DNA of 64,000 bases from an uncultured Acidobacteriota bacterium (GCA_964568735.1 CAZMRF010000007.1:15517-79516), one strand, 5' to 3'; shown: positions 44,736 to 54,048, counted from the first letter of the stretch. Numbers and translations: made by a program. Notes: a model not told the origin generated them from the letters alone.

Positions 44736-45503
44736 TCAGGAGGTCAGCCAGAGCTGGATGGCCAGGAGAATCACGACGATCGTGACGACCCCGCGAACCC
44801 AGCCGTGGCCTTTCAGCACCGTGAGGTGGACCCCCGCCAGCCCCCCGGCGGCGCTTCCGATGCCGAGTACGAGGCCAGGAAGCCAGGCCACCTGTCCCTT
44901 CCAGGTGAAGAGCGCGAGGGAGAGGGGCGTGAAGATGAGCACGCAGAATACTTTCAAGGCGTTGCCGCGGACCAGGTCGTAGCCCGCGAACATCGCGGCC
45001 GCCAGGAAGAAGAAGCCCACCCCCGCCTGGATGAAGCCCCCGTAGGCCCCGGCCGCGGCGAAGCCCAGTCCGACGGCGATCGGACCTGCCCGGCGGGCCG
45101 CACCGCCCCGGGCGGCTGCGGCGCGGGCCACCGGATCCCACAGGGTCCAGATCGTGACGGCCACCATCAGGATGGCCAGGACTCGCGTGAAGGTTTCTCC
45201 CTCGATCCAGAGCGCCACGAGCGTGCCGGCCACAGCTCCCAAGGTTGCCGGCAGCGCCGCCGTGAGGACCCAGCTCCCATCGATGAGCCCGTGGCGGCGG
45301 AAGCCCCAGACGGCCCCGATGTTCTGGATGAGGATGCCGACCCGGTTCGTCCCGTTGGCCATCGTGGGGGGGAGGCCCATCAGGATGAGCAGCGGGAGGA
45401 TCAGGAACGATCCCCCGCCGGCAACGACGTTCAGCGCTCCGGCCACGACCCCGGCGACAAGGAGAAGCGCAAGGAAGCCGAGCTCACCAGCCGTCGGGAT
45501 CAT
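44736..45503 (-). CDS. TauE/SafE (TSUP) family anion exporter
   Basis: 255 aa. ..GALNVVAGGGSFLILPLLILMGLPPTMANGTNRVGILIQN.. and the duplicated 4-TM architecture are typical of TSUP. Confidence 0.85.
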   Translation of the reverse strand: MIPTAGELGFLALLLVAGVVAGALNVVAGGGSFLILPLLILMGLPPTMANGTNRVGILIQNIGAVWGFRRHGLIDGSWVLTAALPATLGAVAGTLVALWIEGETFTRVLAILMVAVTIWTLWDPVARAAAARGGAARRAGPIAVGLGFAAAGAYGGFIQAGVGFFFLAAAMFAGYDLVRGNALKVFCVLIFTPLSLALFTWKGQVAWLPGLVLGIGSAAGGLAGVHLTVLKGHGWVRGVVTIVVILLAIQLWLTS

Positions 45504-45550
45504 CGCTGCATTCCATCGACCTTTGTGGGGGGAGGAAGGCCGTGTCGAGG

Positions 45551-45661
45551 GGGACCGGGGGGATGCGAGCCGCTCCCTGGTCTTCGCACGTTGTCACGCC
45601 TGGACCCCATGCCCGATCGAGCCCGTGCTGCGCTCGTCCGCGCTCGCATCCCCCCGGTCCC
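45551..45661. repeat. Palindromic intergenic element, copy E1 (20-bp perfect terminal inverted repeats, 71-nt spacer)
   Basis: gggaccggggggatgcgagc (45551-45570) is the exact reverse complement of gctcgcatccccccggtccc (45642-45661). The spacer contains cgctcc...cgttgtcac. Located between the ridA-like stop and the tauE-like start. Confidence 0.8.
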
Positions 45662-45674
45662 TCACTGGCTCGCG

Positions 45675-46136
45675 CTACTGCCTGCGGGCGATGCCCATGA
45701 TCTCGAAGTGGCAGGACCTGAGGAGTGGGCCCGATCCGATGAAGGCCCGGGCCGGGAAGCGCTCCTTGAAGTAGGTCCTGTAGGCCGCGTTGAACTGGTC
45801 GTAGAGAGCGAGGTCTGTCGCGAAGATCTGCACGCTGACCAGCTCCTCCATCGTGAGGCCTGCCAGCTCGAGCTTCTCCTTCATTCCGTCCATGAGGAGG
45901 CGGATCTCCCGCTCGACGTCCCCGGCGGGGGCCTGCCCTGTATTCGGATCGAGGCCGAGCCCACCCGAGAGGTAGACGGTATCGCCCGTGTCCACGACGT
46001 CGCTGAACGGAAGCTCGTGGCCGCGGCCGGGCGCATTGAGGTACTTCCAGTCCCGCGCCGCCGGGGCCGCGCCGCCGACGGAGGCCAGCAGCACGATGGA
46101 CCCCAGGACAGCGAGGCCGGAGAGGGCGTGCATCAT
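45675..46136 (-). CDS. Secreted RidA/YjgF-family protein
   Basis: 153 aa with signal MMHALSGLAVLGSIVLLASVGGAAP. ..DTVYLSGGLGLDP..EREIRLLMDGMKEKLELAGLTMEELVSVQIFATDLALYDQFNAAYRTYF..PARAFIG.. is the RidA pattern. Confidence 0.85.
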   Translation of the reverse strand: MMHALSGLAVLGSIVLLASVGGAAPAARDWKYLNAPGRGHELPFSDVVDTGDTVYLSGGLGLDPNTGQAPAGDVEREIRLLMDGMKEKLELAGLTMEELVSVQIFATDLALYDQFNAAYRTYFKERFPARAFIGSGPLLRSCHFEIMGIARRQ

Positions 46137-46285
46137 GTTCCACTCCTTCTTGAGTCGTGGGCGGAGCGCCGGAGCTCCTCCTCCCTTTGGGGGCGCGAGT
46201 ATACTCCGGCCTTTCCGAACCTACTCCGCGGATCGTGGATCCCGGAAGTGGGAAAAGCCCCGGCTTCAACTAGAGAGGAGAGGTC

Positions 46286-46723
46286 ATGCGGGTGGCACGA
46301 CGGTGGCTCTTCGCGCTCAAGGTGACGCTGCTTGCCGGCGCGGCCGCCGATTTCGGGGCAGCCGCCTCGACGGCGGAGTCCGGCCTCCGCGGGGTCGTCG
46401 AGAAGGCGGCCAGCGCTCACGCGCCGCAGCCGCTGGACTACGGGTCGATGCTCTTCGTCTTCGTCCTCGCGACCTTCATCGGCCTGGGGGTCATCCGCCA
46501 CGTCTCCCGCCTGCTGCACACGCCGCTGATGTCGCTGACGAATGCGATCTCGGCTATCGCCGTGGTCGGCTCCATCGTCGTCACGGGCGCCGACTATCCG
46601 CTGCACATCCGGGTGATGGGAGCCATCGCGCTGTTTGCCTCGATGACGAACATCGTGAGCGGCTTCCTGATCACTGACCGGATGCTCAAGATGTTCAAGA
46701 AGCCCGAGGGCGGGAAGCGATGA
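46286..46723 (+). CDS. pntAB: NAD(P) transhydrogenase subunit alpha, part 2 (membrane dII fragment)
   Basis: ..LHTPLMSLTNAISAIAVVGSIV.. and ..MTNIVSGFLITDRMLKMFKK.. are PntA-dII signatures. The 145-aa size is comparable to split PntAB proteins. ATGA overlap with pntB. Confidence 0.85.
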   Translation: MRVARRWLFALKVTLLAGAAADFGAAASTAESGLRGVVEKAASAHAPQPLDYGSMLFVFVLATFIGLGVIRHVSRLLHTPLMSLTNAISAIAVVGSIVVTGADYPLHIRVMGAIALFASMTNIVSGFLITDRMLKMFKKPEGGKR

Positions 46724-48117
46724 TGCAGGCGGTCGTTCAGCTCGCCTACGTCGCCGGGACCGCTCTGTTCATCCTCTCCCTGCACTGGATGAACAACCCG
46801 AAGACCGCGCGGCGCGCCATCTTCGCGGGTGCGTCGGCCATGTTCCTCGCCATCGCGGCGACGTGGATCCAGCCTGGAATCATCCATCACGGGTGGATCG
46901 TCCTGGCGATCATCTCGGGCTTCGCCGTCGGGATCCCGCTCTCGCGCGTGCCGCTCACGGCGGTGCCCCAGCGGACCGCGCTCTCCCACGCCTTCGGGGG
47001 GCTCGCCGCCGGCCTGGTCGGGACGGGCAAGTATTTCCTGTGGCTGGGCCAGGGAGGGGACCAGCTCACGACATTCCGGATGGTCGCCATCATCGCCGAG
47101 ATCATCCTCGGATACCTCACCTTCACGGGCAGCCTCATGGCAGCCGGCAAGCTCCAGGAGGTGCGTTGGATTCCCACGCGCCCGGTCACGTACCCGATGC
47201 AGAACCTGGTCAACATCGGTCTGCTCGTGATCGCGGTCGTGCTCGGCGTGCTCCTCGTCCTCAACCCCGCGGCCTCCTGGTCGGGCGCCCTGTTCCTCGC
47301 GATTATCGGCCTCGCTCTGGCCTTCGGCATGCTGCTCATCATTCCCATCGGCGGCGCCGACATGCCGACGGTCATCTCGCTGCTCAACGCCTACGCCGGC
47401 CTCTCCGCCGTGGCGATGGGCTTCGTTCTGGACAACAAGATCCTGATCACCGCGGGCGCCCTCGACGGATCGAGCGGCCTCATCCTCTCCGTCATCATGT
47501 GCCGGGCGATGAACCGCTCGTTCACGAACGTGCTCTTCGGGGCCTTCGGGCAGGTAAAAGCGTCGACCACCGAGTCGACGCATCAGTTGTACAAGGAGGA
47601 AACCCCCGAGGGGGCGGCGCAAGTCCTCGAGCAGTCGAACTCCGTGGTCATCATCCCCGGGTACGGCATGGCGGTGGCGCAGGCCCAGCACAAGCTCCGC
47701 GAGCTGTACGACCAGCTCACCCGGCGCGGAGTCAAGGTCAAGTTCGCCATCCATCCGGTGGCGGGCCGCATGCCCGGGCACATGAACGTGCTGCTGGCCG
47801 AGGCGGACGTTCCCTACACCGATCTCGTCGAGATGGACGAGATCAACGGCGAGATGGCCCAGTGCGACGTCGCCCTCGTGGTCGGCGCCAACGACGTCGT
47901 GAACCCGGCAGCGCGCCACGACAAGTCGACACCCATCTACGGCATGCCGATCATCGACGCCGACAAGGCGAGGATGGTCTTCGCGATCAAGCGGAGCAAG
48001 AACCCGGGCTTCGCGGGCATCGACAACGAGCTGTACTTCCAGGATCGAACGTTCATGCTCTTCGGCGACGCGAAATCGGTCGTGGCTGAGCTGGTCAAGA
48101 ACATCTCCGGCGAATGA
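46720..48117 (+). CDS. pntB: NAD(P) transhydrogenase subunit beta
   Basis: 465 aa. ..LNAYAGLSAVAMGFVL.., ..VIIPGYGMAVAQAQH.., ..VKFAIHPVAGRMPGHMNVLLAEA.., ..VVGANDVVNPAA... Confidence 0.95.
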   Translation: MMQAVVQLAYVAGTALFILSLHWMNNPKTARRAIFAGASAMFLAIAATWIQPGIIHHGWIVLAIISGFAVGIPLSRVPLTAVPQRTALSHAFGGLAAGLVGTGKYFLWLGQGGDQLTTFRMVAIIAEIILGYLTFTGSLMAAGKLQEVRWIPTRPVTYPMQNLVNIGLLVIAVVLGVLLVLNPAASWSGALFLAIIGLALAFGMLLIIPIGGADMPTVISLLNAYAGLSAVAMGFVLDNKILITAGALDGSSGLILSVIMCRAMNRSFTNVLFGAFGQVKASTTESTHQLYKEETPEGAAQVLEQSNSVVIIPGYGMAVAQAQHKLRELYDQLTRRGVKVKFAIHPVAGRMPGHMNVLLAEADVPYTDLVEMDEINGEMAQCDVALVVGANDVVNPAARHDKSTPIYGMPIIDADKARMVFAIKRSKNPGFAGIDNELYFQDRTFMLFGDAKSVVAELVKNISGE

Positions 48118-48129
48118 CGAGGTGCTGAT

Positions 48130-49623
48130 TTGAGCAACCACCTGTTCGCGAAGAAGTCGTTGGCGCTCCTTCTGGCCGAGATGGAGGACGATAATCGGCT
48201 GCGGAGGGTGCTCGGGCCCGTCACGCTCACGGCTCTGGGAATAGGCGCCGTCATCGGCGCGGGCATATTCGTCGCCACCGGCGCTGCGGCGAGATCCGTG
48301 GCCGGGCCCTCCCTGATGGTCTCCTACATGATCGCGGGGATCATCTGCGTATTCGCAGCGCTCTGCTACGCCGAGTTCGCCGCGATGGCGCCGGTGGCCG
48401 GAAGCGCCTACACCTATGCGTACGCCACGATGGGGGAGCTGGTGGCATGGATCATCGGCTGGGACCTCGTGCTGGAGTACGCGGTCGGATCCGCGACGGT
48501 CGCCAACGGCTGGTCCAGCTACTTCCAGAGCGTCATCGCGAAGATAGGCATCGTCGTGCCGGAGGCCCTCAAGGCCGCGCCCATCGTCTACAACGTGGAG
48601 ACCGGAGAGTTCCTTAGGACGACATCCTTCATCAACCTGCCGGCCGTCGCCATCACGGCGGTCGTGACGACCATCCTCGTCATCGGCATCCGGCAGAGCG
48701 CCAGCTTCAACGCGACCATGGTGGCCATCAAGCTGGCTGCCGTCATCTTCGTGATCCTGGTCGGCGCCTTCTACATCAACCGCGCGAACTACGACCCGTT
48801 CGCGCCCTATGGCTGGACCGGGGTCAGCTTCTTCGGGATCCCGATGCTGGGCCAGTCGAACCCGAAGGGTGAGCCCCTGGGCATGCTGGCGGGGGCCGCC
48901 ATCATCTTCTTCGCCTACATCGGCTTCGATTCCGTCTCGACGCACGCGGAGGAGGCTCGCCGGCCGCAACGCGACGTGCCGATCGCCATCATCTCATCGC
49001 TGCTGATCTGCACCGTGCTCTACGTCGGAGTCGTGGCGGTGCTCACGGGCATGGTCCCGTACGCCGCCCTCTCGAAGGACGCGGGCGTCTCCGATGCCTT
49101 CAAGCAGGCCGGCCTGCCATGGGCCGAGGTCATCGTGGCCAGCGCGGGCGTCGCGGGGATCACGTCGGTCATGCTCGTCCTGATGCTGTCGGGCCCCCGT
49201 GTGTTCCTCGCGATGGCGAGGGATGGCCTGCTCCCCTTCAGCTTTTTCGGCACCGTGCATCCGAAGTTCCGGACTCCCTGGAAGAGCACGATCGCCGTCG
49301 GCGTCTTCGTCGCCGCGATGGCCGGGTTCCTGCCGATCGACGCCCTGCTGCACATGACCAATATCGGGACGCTCTTCGCATTCGTGATCGTGTGCGGCGC
49401 GGTGCTGATCATGCGCAAGACCAATCCGGACGCCAACCGGCCCTTCCGCTGCCCGTTCGTGCCCGTCACGCCGATCCTCGGCATCGCGGGCTGCCTTCTC
49501 CTGATGCTGTCCCTTCCAGCCGCTAACTGGTGGCGCCTCTTCGGCTGGCTGGCCGTCGGCATGGTCATCTACTTCGCCTACAGCCGGCACCACAGCCACC
49601 TGCGAAAGGCCGCGCAAGCCTGA
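48130..49623 (+). CDS. APC-superfamily amino-acid permease (cationic amino acid transporter-like)
   Basis: 497 aa, TTG start. ..LTALGIGAVIGAGIFVATG.., ..CYAEFAAMAPVAGSAYTYAY.., 12+ helices. Confidence 0.9.
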   Translation: MSNHLFAKKSLALLLAEMEDDNRLRRVLGPVTLTALGIGAVIGAGIFVATGAAARSVAGPSLMVSYMIAGIICVFAALCYAEFAAMAPVAGSAYTYAYATMGELVAWIIGWDLVLEYAVGSATVANGWSSYFQSVIAKIGIVVPEALKAAPIVYNVETGEFLRTTSFINLPAVAITAVVTTILVIGIRQSASFNATMVAIKLAAVIFVILVGAFYINRANYDPFAPYGWTGVSFFGIPMLGQSNPKGEPLGMLAGAAIIFFAYIGFDSVSTHAEEARRPQRDVPIAIISSLLICTVLYVGVVAVLTGMVPYAALSKDAGVSDAFKQAGLPWAEVIVASAGVAGITSVMLVLMLSGPRVFLAMARDGLLPFSFFGTVHPKFRTPWKSTIAVGVFVAAMAGFLPIDALLHMTNIGTLFAFVIVCGAVLIMRKTNPDANRPFRCPFVPVTPILGIAGCLLLMLSLPAANWWRLFGWLAVGMVIYFAYSRHHSHLRKAAQA

Positions 49624-49851
49624 CGCTCGCGCGACCGCAAGCCCCCGGGTTCCGCCTCCACCTGGGTATGAACGGAAGGGCGGGAGGGTGCTGCGGAGCC
49701 TTCCCGGAGCCCGATCGAGCGGGCCCGGGCGCGGATTCGTCCTGCCCGGGGCGCGGCATGACCGTAGAATCACCCTGTGCGCCGCGGGGGGCATCACGCC
49801 CCTGCGGGGGCCTGCCGGGAGCAGGCGTTCCACGGAGAGGGGGGCAGCGGG

Positions 49852-52800
49852 GTGAGGAGGATCCGGCAGGCGCTGTTGTCATGTGCCCTGGCACACCTGC
49901 TTGCCGCACCCGCCGGTGCCGCCCCTGCGCCCCCGCCGCCCGGCCTTCCCGCAACGGAGCAGGTGCCCGTCCTCAGCCAGCCCTTCAATCGCGGCAGCCA
50001 GCTCGTCATCAGCCAGGCGAATCCCGACGTCATGTACTGGATCGTGGACGGGCTGGGCGTCTTGAAGTCCACCGACCGGGGCCTGAGCTGGGAACCGAAA
50101 AACGACGGCCTGCCGAACCTCGCGACGCTCTCCCTCGCGATACATCCCCAGGATCCGGACCACCTCATGGTCGGCTTCCTCGGGCACTTCACGGCGCAGG
50201 GGGATCGCCCCTACCGCTCTCTCGACGGGGGCGGCCGCTGGGAGCCGACCGTGGTCTGCGAGCGGGAGGACGGCCTGGAGAACCTCCGGCAGCAGTGCGA
50301 TGCCGCCCGGGTGCTCTTCGACCCCACGGCGCCGAGCCGCTTCTATCTCCTGGTCATCTCCCAGTTCGACGCCTGCGGCGCCTTCTACCGTTCGTGCGAC
50401 CTCGGCGCCTCCTACGATCGGAACCCTCGCTGCCTTCCTCCGGGCGGGCCCCGCCCGCCCTGCTCCAGCGCCGATCCCGAGCCCGTCAACAACTTCGGGA
50501 GCAACGACGGCTCCATCCTCGAGGTCCATCCGCTGACCGGTGACCTCCTCGGTACGACCGGCGTCCATCCCCTGGAGTCGGCCCTGATGACCTCGCGCAA
50601 CAAGGGTGGCCTCTGGACCTACGAAGACGTGGCGGATACAACGGGGTCGTTCGTGGGATCTACCGACCAGGGGCGCACCAGCCTCTTCATCCGCGCCCTC
50701 GTGCTCGCCCCCTCCGATCCCGACGTGCGGTACGCCTCGCTGGAGGGGTCGCGATGCACGGACGGGAAGGCTCACCCTGTGAGCTTCGCCTGTCCTCCCC
50801 CCTTCGCGGTCGTGCCGCAGCCCCCCCTCGTCGTGCGCTGGTTCGGGGAGATGTCCGCCTCTGTTGAATGCTCCGGCTCCAACGACTGCGACGGGGATCC
50901 CTTCCCCGATCGACTCTGGCGTCCGCTCTTCGACGTGCAGGCCTCGTCGCCTGGATCGGGCGCGCAGGCCCTCCTCGTCGATCCCACCGACCCCGACAGG
51001 CTCTTCGCGGCGGTGACGGGCTCAGTCTCCGCCTCCAACGAGCTGCTGATGCTGACGCCGGCGAGCGAAAGCGATCCGACGGCCACCCCATGGAGGAAGA
51101 GGCTGATTCACACGGGGTTTGGAAGCCCCGCCTCCCTGGTCCGGGACCCCGGCGATCCCGGTGCGTTCTTCCTCGTGGACCGCACGTCCATCCGCCGGTT
51201 CGCCTCCGACGACGGCTGGCAGAGCTGGCAGGCCTCGACGACGGCGGACCTCGGCGGCGTCCATCATGTCTACGACCTGCTCGAGACGCGGGGCAGCGAC
51301 GGACCCCGGATCGTGGCCGCCACGACGACGGCGATCTGGGTCGCAGACGAGCTCGGTCTGGGCTGGACCACCAGCGACGCCTTCGCCATGCAGGCCGCAT
51401 CCCGGCCGGCCGTGGCGCCCTCGGATCCCGACCGGGTCTACGCCAAGCGCACGTGGGCCCTCACGATCGGCACCGGAGGGTTCGACGAGATGACGGAGAT
51501 GGACAACGTCTCGGCGAGGCGCAGCGTGATGTGCACCAACGTCTTCCACCAGGTCGCGGTCGACCCGGACGATCCCTCCGTCGTTTACGCCGCCACCGGC
51601 GCCGGGATCTGGAGCCACCCCTACGCGCGAGTGCCCGCCGATCCGGCCGAGGTGGATACCATCAGCAGGGAGTGGGTCGCTCTCGCCAGGAGCGCGGACG
51701 GGCTCGACGACGAGTACATCTGGTCCCTGGCCTTCGATCTCGACGATCCGGGTCACAACCGGATCCTCGCCGGCAGCCGCAGCGGCGCGATCTTCGAAAG
51801 CCTGGACCGTGGCCTCTCCTGGCTCCCCTCCCCGATGAGCCTGCCCGCATCGGTTACGAACCAGCTCCGGGACGTGCGCGACATCCGCCTCGTCGGCCCG
51901 CGAGGCTACGCCGCGACCGGCGCGGGGATCCTCGCTCGGGAAGAACCCTCGGCGCCGTGGAGGGCTTCGCTGACCGGCGACAGGATGTCGCGGATCGCTC
52001 CCGGTGCAACAGGCGCAAGTCGGCTCTACGCGGCGGGAGAGGCAGGGCTCTATCGAAGTAGAGACAGCGGCGGGAGCTGGGAGCCGCTCGATCTGGTACC
52101 GGCCCCGCCGTACGGCGCAGTCCTCGAGACGAAGAGCCGTGACGGGCGCCACCACCTGTGGGTGCCGGATTTCAGCGCGGGGCTCTTCCGGATCTCGACG
52201 ACCATGACGGCGCGGCCCGGATCGAGCCCGCAGCAGATCGTCCTCGACTGGCAGGCAAGCCCGGGAGGGCCCCCGGTCACGGGCTACGAGCTTCACTACG
52301 GCTTCGACCCCGACCTTTTCTCCGGGGCGGGAGCGGCGGAGGGGAGCTCGCCCATCCATCTCGGCCCCGTGACGACGGCGACGCTCACCGGGCTGGATCT
52401 CAGCTCCGGACCGCTCTACGTCGCGCTGAAGGGAGAGGACAACGGGGGCCAGCCCGGACCGATCGGACTTCCCCTGCAAGTGGACCCCGGCTACGTCTTC
52501 TCCCCGGCAATCGAGGCCTCGGATGCAGGCTCGTGCCCTCCGGCCATGCTCCTGGAATGGGATCCGGTGCCGGGCGCCGCGGGCTACCGCGTGTATCGCT
52601 CCGCGGGATCGCCGGGCGGACCCTTCGAGGCGATCGCCACGCTCGAGGCCCCTGCGACCTCGTTCGAGGACGCGGGCGTGTCACCCGGCGCCGTCTTCGC
52701 CTATTTCATGACGACGCTCTCCGCGGGGAGCGAGACGACCGGCGGGAACATCGCTCAGGCCCAGGTCATCGACGACTCCGACCTCGATGAAATCTCGAAT

Positions 52801-53217
52801 TGCTCCGACAATTGCCCCGCCGAGTGGAACCCGCTTCAAGACGACGGCGACACCGACGGAAGGGGCGACCTCTGCGACTGCGCTCCGCTCGATCCCGCGG
52901 CCTTCACGGCACCGTCGGACATCGCCGGGCTCGATCTCGCGCCGGATGCATCGACTCTGACCTGGGCACCCTCCGCCACGGGCAGCGGGACGCTCTACGA
53001 CGTGGTGCGGGGAAGCCTCTCGCAGCTCCCCGTGGGGACGGGACCCTCCGAAGCCTGCCTCGAGTCGGGCTCGTCCGACGCGATGGCACTCGATCCCGAG
53101 ATCCCGCCTCCGGGCTCGGGTCACTACTACATCGTCCGGGCCAGGAACGGCTGCGGCACCGGGACGTACGGTTTCCAGGCCGGAGCCGCCGAGCGGGCTT
53201 CCCCGGCCTGCCCGTAG
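49852..53217 (+). CDS. Giant secreted protein: BNR/Asp-box beta-propeller(s), FN3-like modules, TSP3-like Ca-binding repeat and conserved C-terminal Cys module
   Basis: I prefer the GTG at 49852 (VRRIRQALLSCALAHLLAAPAGAAP, signal-like; GGAGAGG about 12 nt upstream). Asp-box repeats: KSTDRGLSWEP, RSLDGGGRWEP, ESLDRGLSWLP, RSRDSGGSWEP. FN3-like ..LEWDPVPGAAGYRVYRS... TSP3-like DNCPAEWNPLQDDGDTDGRGDLCD. C-terminus DCAPLDPAAF..LYDVVRGS..HYYIVRARNGCG..SPACP. Confidence 0.8.
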   Translation: MRRIRQALLSCALAHLLAAPAGAAPAPPPPGLPATEQVPVLSQPFNRGSQLVISQANPDVMYWIVDGLGVLKSTDRGLSWEPKNDGLPNLATLSLAIHPQDPDHLMVGFLGHFTAQGDRPYRSLDGGGRWEPTVVCEREDGLENLRQQCDAARVLFDPTAPSRFYLLVISQFDACGAFYRSCDLGASYDRNPRCLPPGGPRPPCSSADPEPVNNFGSNDGSILEVHPLTGDLLGTTGVHPLESALMTSRNKGGLWTYEDVADTTGSFVGSTDQGRTSLFIRALVLAPSDPDVRYASLEGSRCTDGKAHPVSFACPPPFAVVPQPPLVVRWFGEMSASVECSGSNDCDGDPFPDRLWRPLFDVQASSPGSGAQALLVDPTDPDRLFAAVTGSVSASNELLMLTPASESDPTATPWRKRLIHTGFGSPASLVRDPGDPGAFFLVDRTSIRRFASDDGWQSWQASTTADLGGVHHVYDLLETRGSDGPRIVAATTTAIWVADELGLGWTTSDAFAMQAASRPAVAPSDPDRVYAKRTWALTIGTGGFDEMTEMDNVSARRSVMCTNVFHQVAVDPDDPSVVYAATGAGIWSHPYARVPADPAEVDTISREWVALARSADGLDDEYIWSLAFDLDDPGHNRILAGSRSGAIFESLDRGLSWLPSPMSLPASVTNQLRDVRDIRLVGPRGYAATGAGILAREEPSAPWRASLTGDRMSRIAPGATGASRLYAAGEAGLYRSRDSGGSWEPLDLVPAPPYGAVLETKSRDGRHHLWVPDFSAGLFRISTTMTARPGSSPQQIVLDWQASPGGPPVTGYELHYGFDPDLFSGAGAAEGSSPIHLGPVTTATLTGLDLSSGPLYVALKGEDNGGQPGPIGLPLQVDPGYVFSPAIEASDAGSCPPAMLLEWDPVPGAAGYRVYRSAGSPGGPFEAIATLEAPATSFEDAGVSPGAVFAYFMTTLSAGSETTGGNIAQAQVIDDSDLDEISNCSDNCPAEWNPLQDDGDTDGRGDLCDCAPLDPAAFTAPSDIAGLDLAPDASTLTWAPSATGSGTLYDVVRGSLSQLPVGTGPSEACLESGSSDAMALDPEIPPPGSGHYYIVRARNGCGTGTYGFQAGAAERASPACP

Positions 53218-53219
53218 GA

Positions 53220-53244
53220 GGGGGCGGCCCGGACGGCCACCCCC
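53220..53244. terminator. GC-rich hairpin between convergent giant BNR protein and collagen-like genes
   Basis: gggggcggcc-cggac-ggccaccccc (10-bp stem with one mismatch), followed by tgatcttgctgctg. Confidence 0.35.
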
Positions 53245-53259
53245 TGATCTTGCTGCTGT

Positions 53260-54048
53260 CTACTTGACCGTAACGCTTCCGATGTACCGTGCCGGCACCG
53301 GCGGCCCGGCCCACCAGGTGCCCGGGCAGAAGTACTGCAGCGACTTGTCGAAGGCGATGTAGTAGGTGCCCGGCGTCGAGGGCGCCGTGAGGTTGAAGCT
53401 CACGCTTCCCGTGTTTCCGCCGGATCCCGGGATCCCCTCATAGATGCAGAGCGCGGGATCCTGGTTCGCGAAGCCGATCATGATCTGCTCGATGCAGCCC
53501 GGGCAGTAGGTGTCCCTGATCTCGTAGCTCAGTTCCACGGCGATCGAGCTGCCGGGAGCCACGATCGACGTGATCTTTGCTCCGTTGAGCATGACGGCCG
53601 AGAGAGTCGTCTCTTCATAGGTTGGGATCGCCCCGTAGGCCAGAGTGGCCCCAGGACCCGGTTCACCTGTATTGCCCTTCGGACCCGTGGGACCAGCCTG
53701 GCCAGCGGGGCCAGCCGGGCCCATGTCTCCCGCAGGACCTGGCGGGCCGACGGGGCCTGCAGCACCAGCCGCGCCCGTGGCGCCGGCGGGACCAGCCGGG
53801 CCGACGGCACCTGCCGGACCTGTGGGACCAGCCTGCCCGGCCGGACCTGCGGGTCCCTGCAGGCCGACCGCCGCGGGATCGACCTGCATCTCCTTGGCGG
53901 GACAGGCGACCCGCAGGTGGAGATCGGCGCCGTCTTTCATCATGCCTGTCCTGGGGTCCTTCTTCGCGCACAGGATCATCGCGTCGGCATGCGTGACGAA
54001 CCCCAGGACGGCGAGCGCCACTGCGATGGATATCAGTCGTTTCATCAT
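53260..54048 (-). CDS. Secreted collagen-like (Gly-X-Y) repeat protein with C-terminal globular domain
   Basis: Start at [23 protein letters not shown] (complement of 54046-54048). An uninterrupted run of about 24 G-X-Y triplets ([72 protein letters not shown]) is followed by a ~110-aa Cys-containing domain. Confidence 0.8.
   Translation of the reverse strand: MMKRLISIAVALAVLGFVTHADAMILCAKKDPRTGMMKDGADLHLRVACPAKEMQVDPAAVGLQGPAGPAGQAGPTGPAGAVGPAGPAGATGAAGAAGPVGPPGPAGDMGPAGPAGQAGPTGPKGNTGEPGPGATLAYGAIPTYEETTLSAVMLNGAKITSIVAPGSSIAVELSYEIRDTYCPGCIEQIMIGFANQDPALCIYEGIPGSGGNTGSVSFNLTAPSTPGTYYIAFDKSLQYFCPGTWWAGPPVPARYIGSVTVK

Noticed and set aside
46594-48969. 791-aa minus-strand ORF
   Set aside because: It is antisense to pntB and the APC permease, both of which are unambiguous.
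52876-53217. Interpreting the shared C-terminal module as a T9SS CTD, PEP-CTERM or MYXO-CTERM signal
   Set aside because: No hydrophobic helix plus basic tail follows it, as PEP-CTERM/MYXO-CTERM would require, and the sequence pattern does not resemble the T9SS CTD motifs I know. It is kept as an unassigned module instead.
53650-53870. Short-period DNA repetition that could be mistaken for a tandem repeat or CRISPR-like array
   Set aside because: The 9-nt periodicity is the Gly-X-Y coding repeat of the collagen-like gene. There are no spacer-repeat structure and no cas genes.
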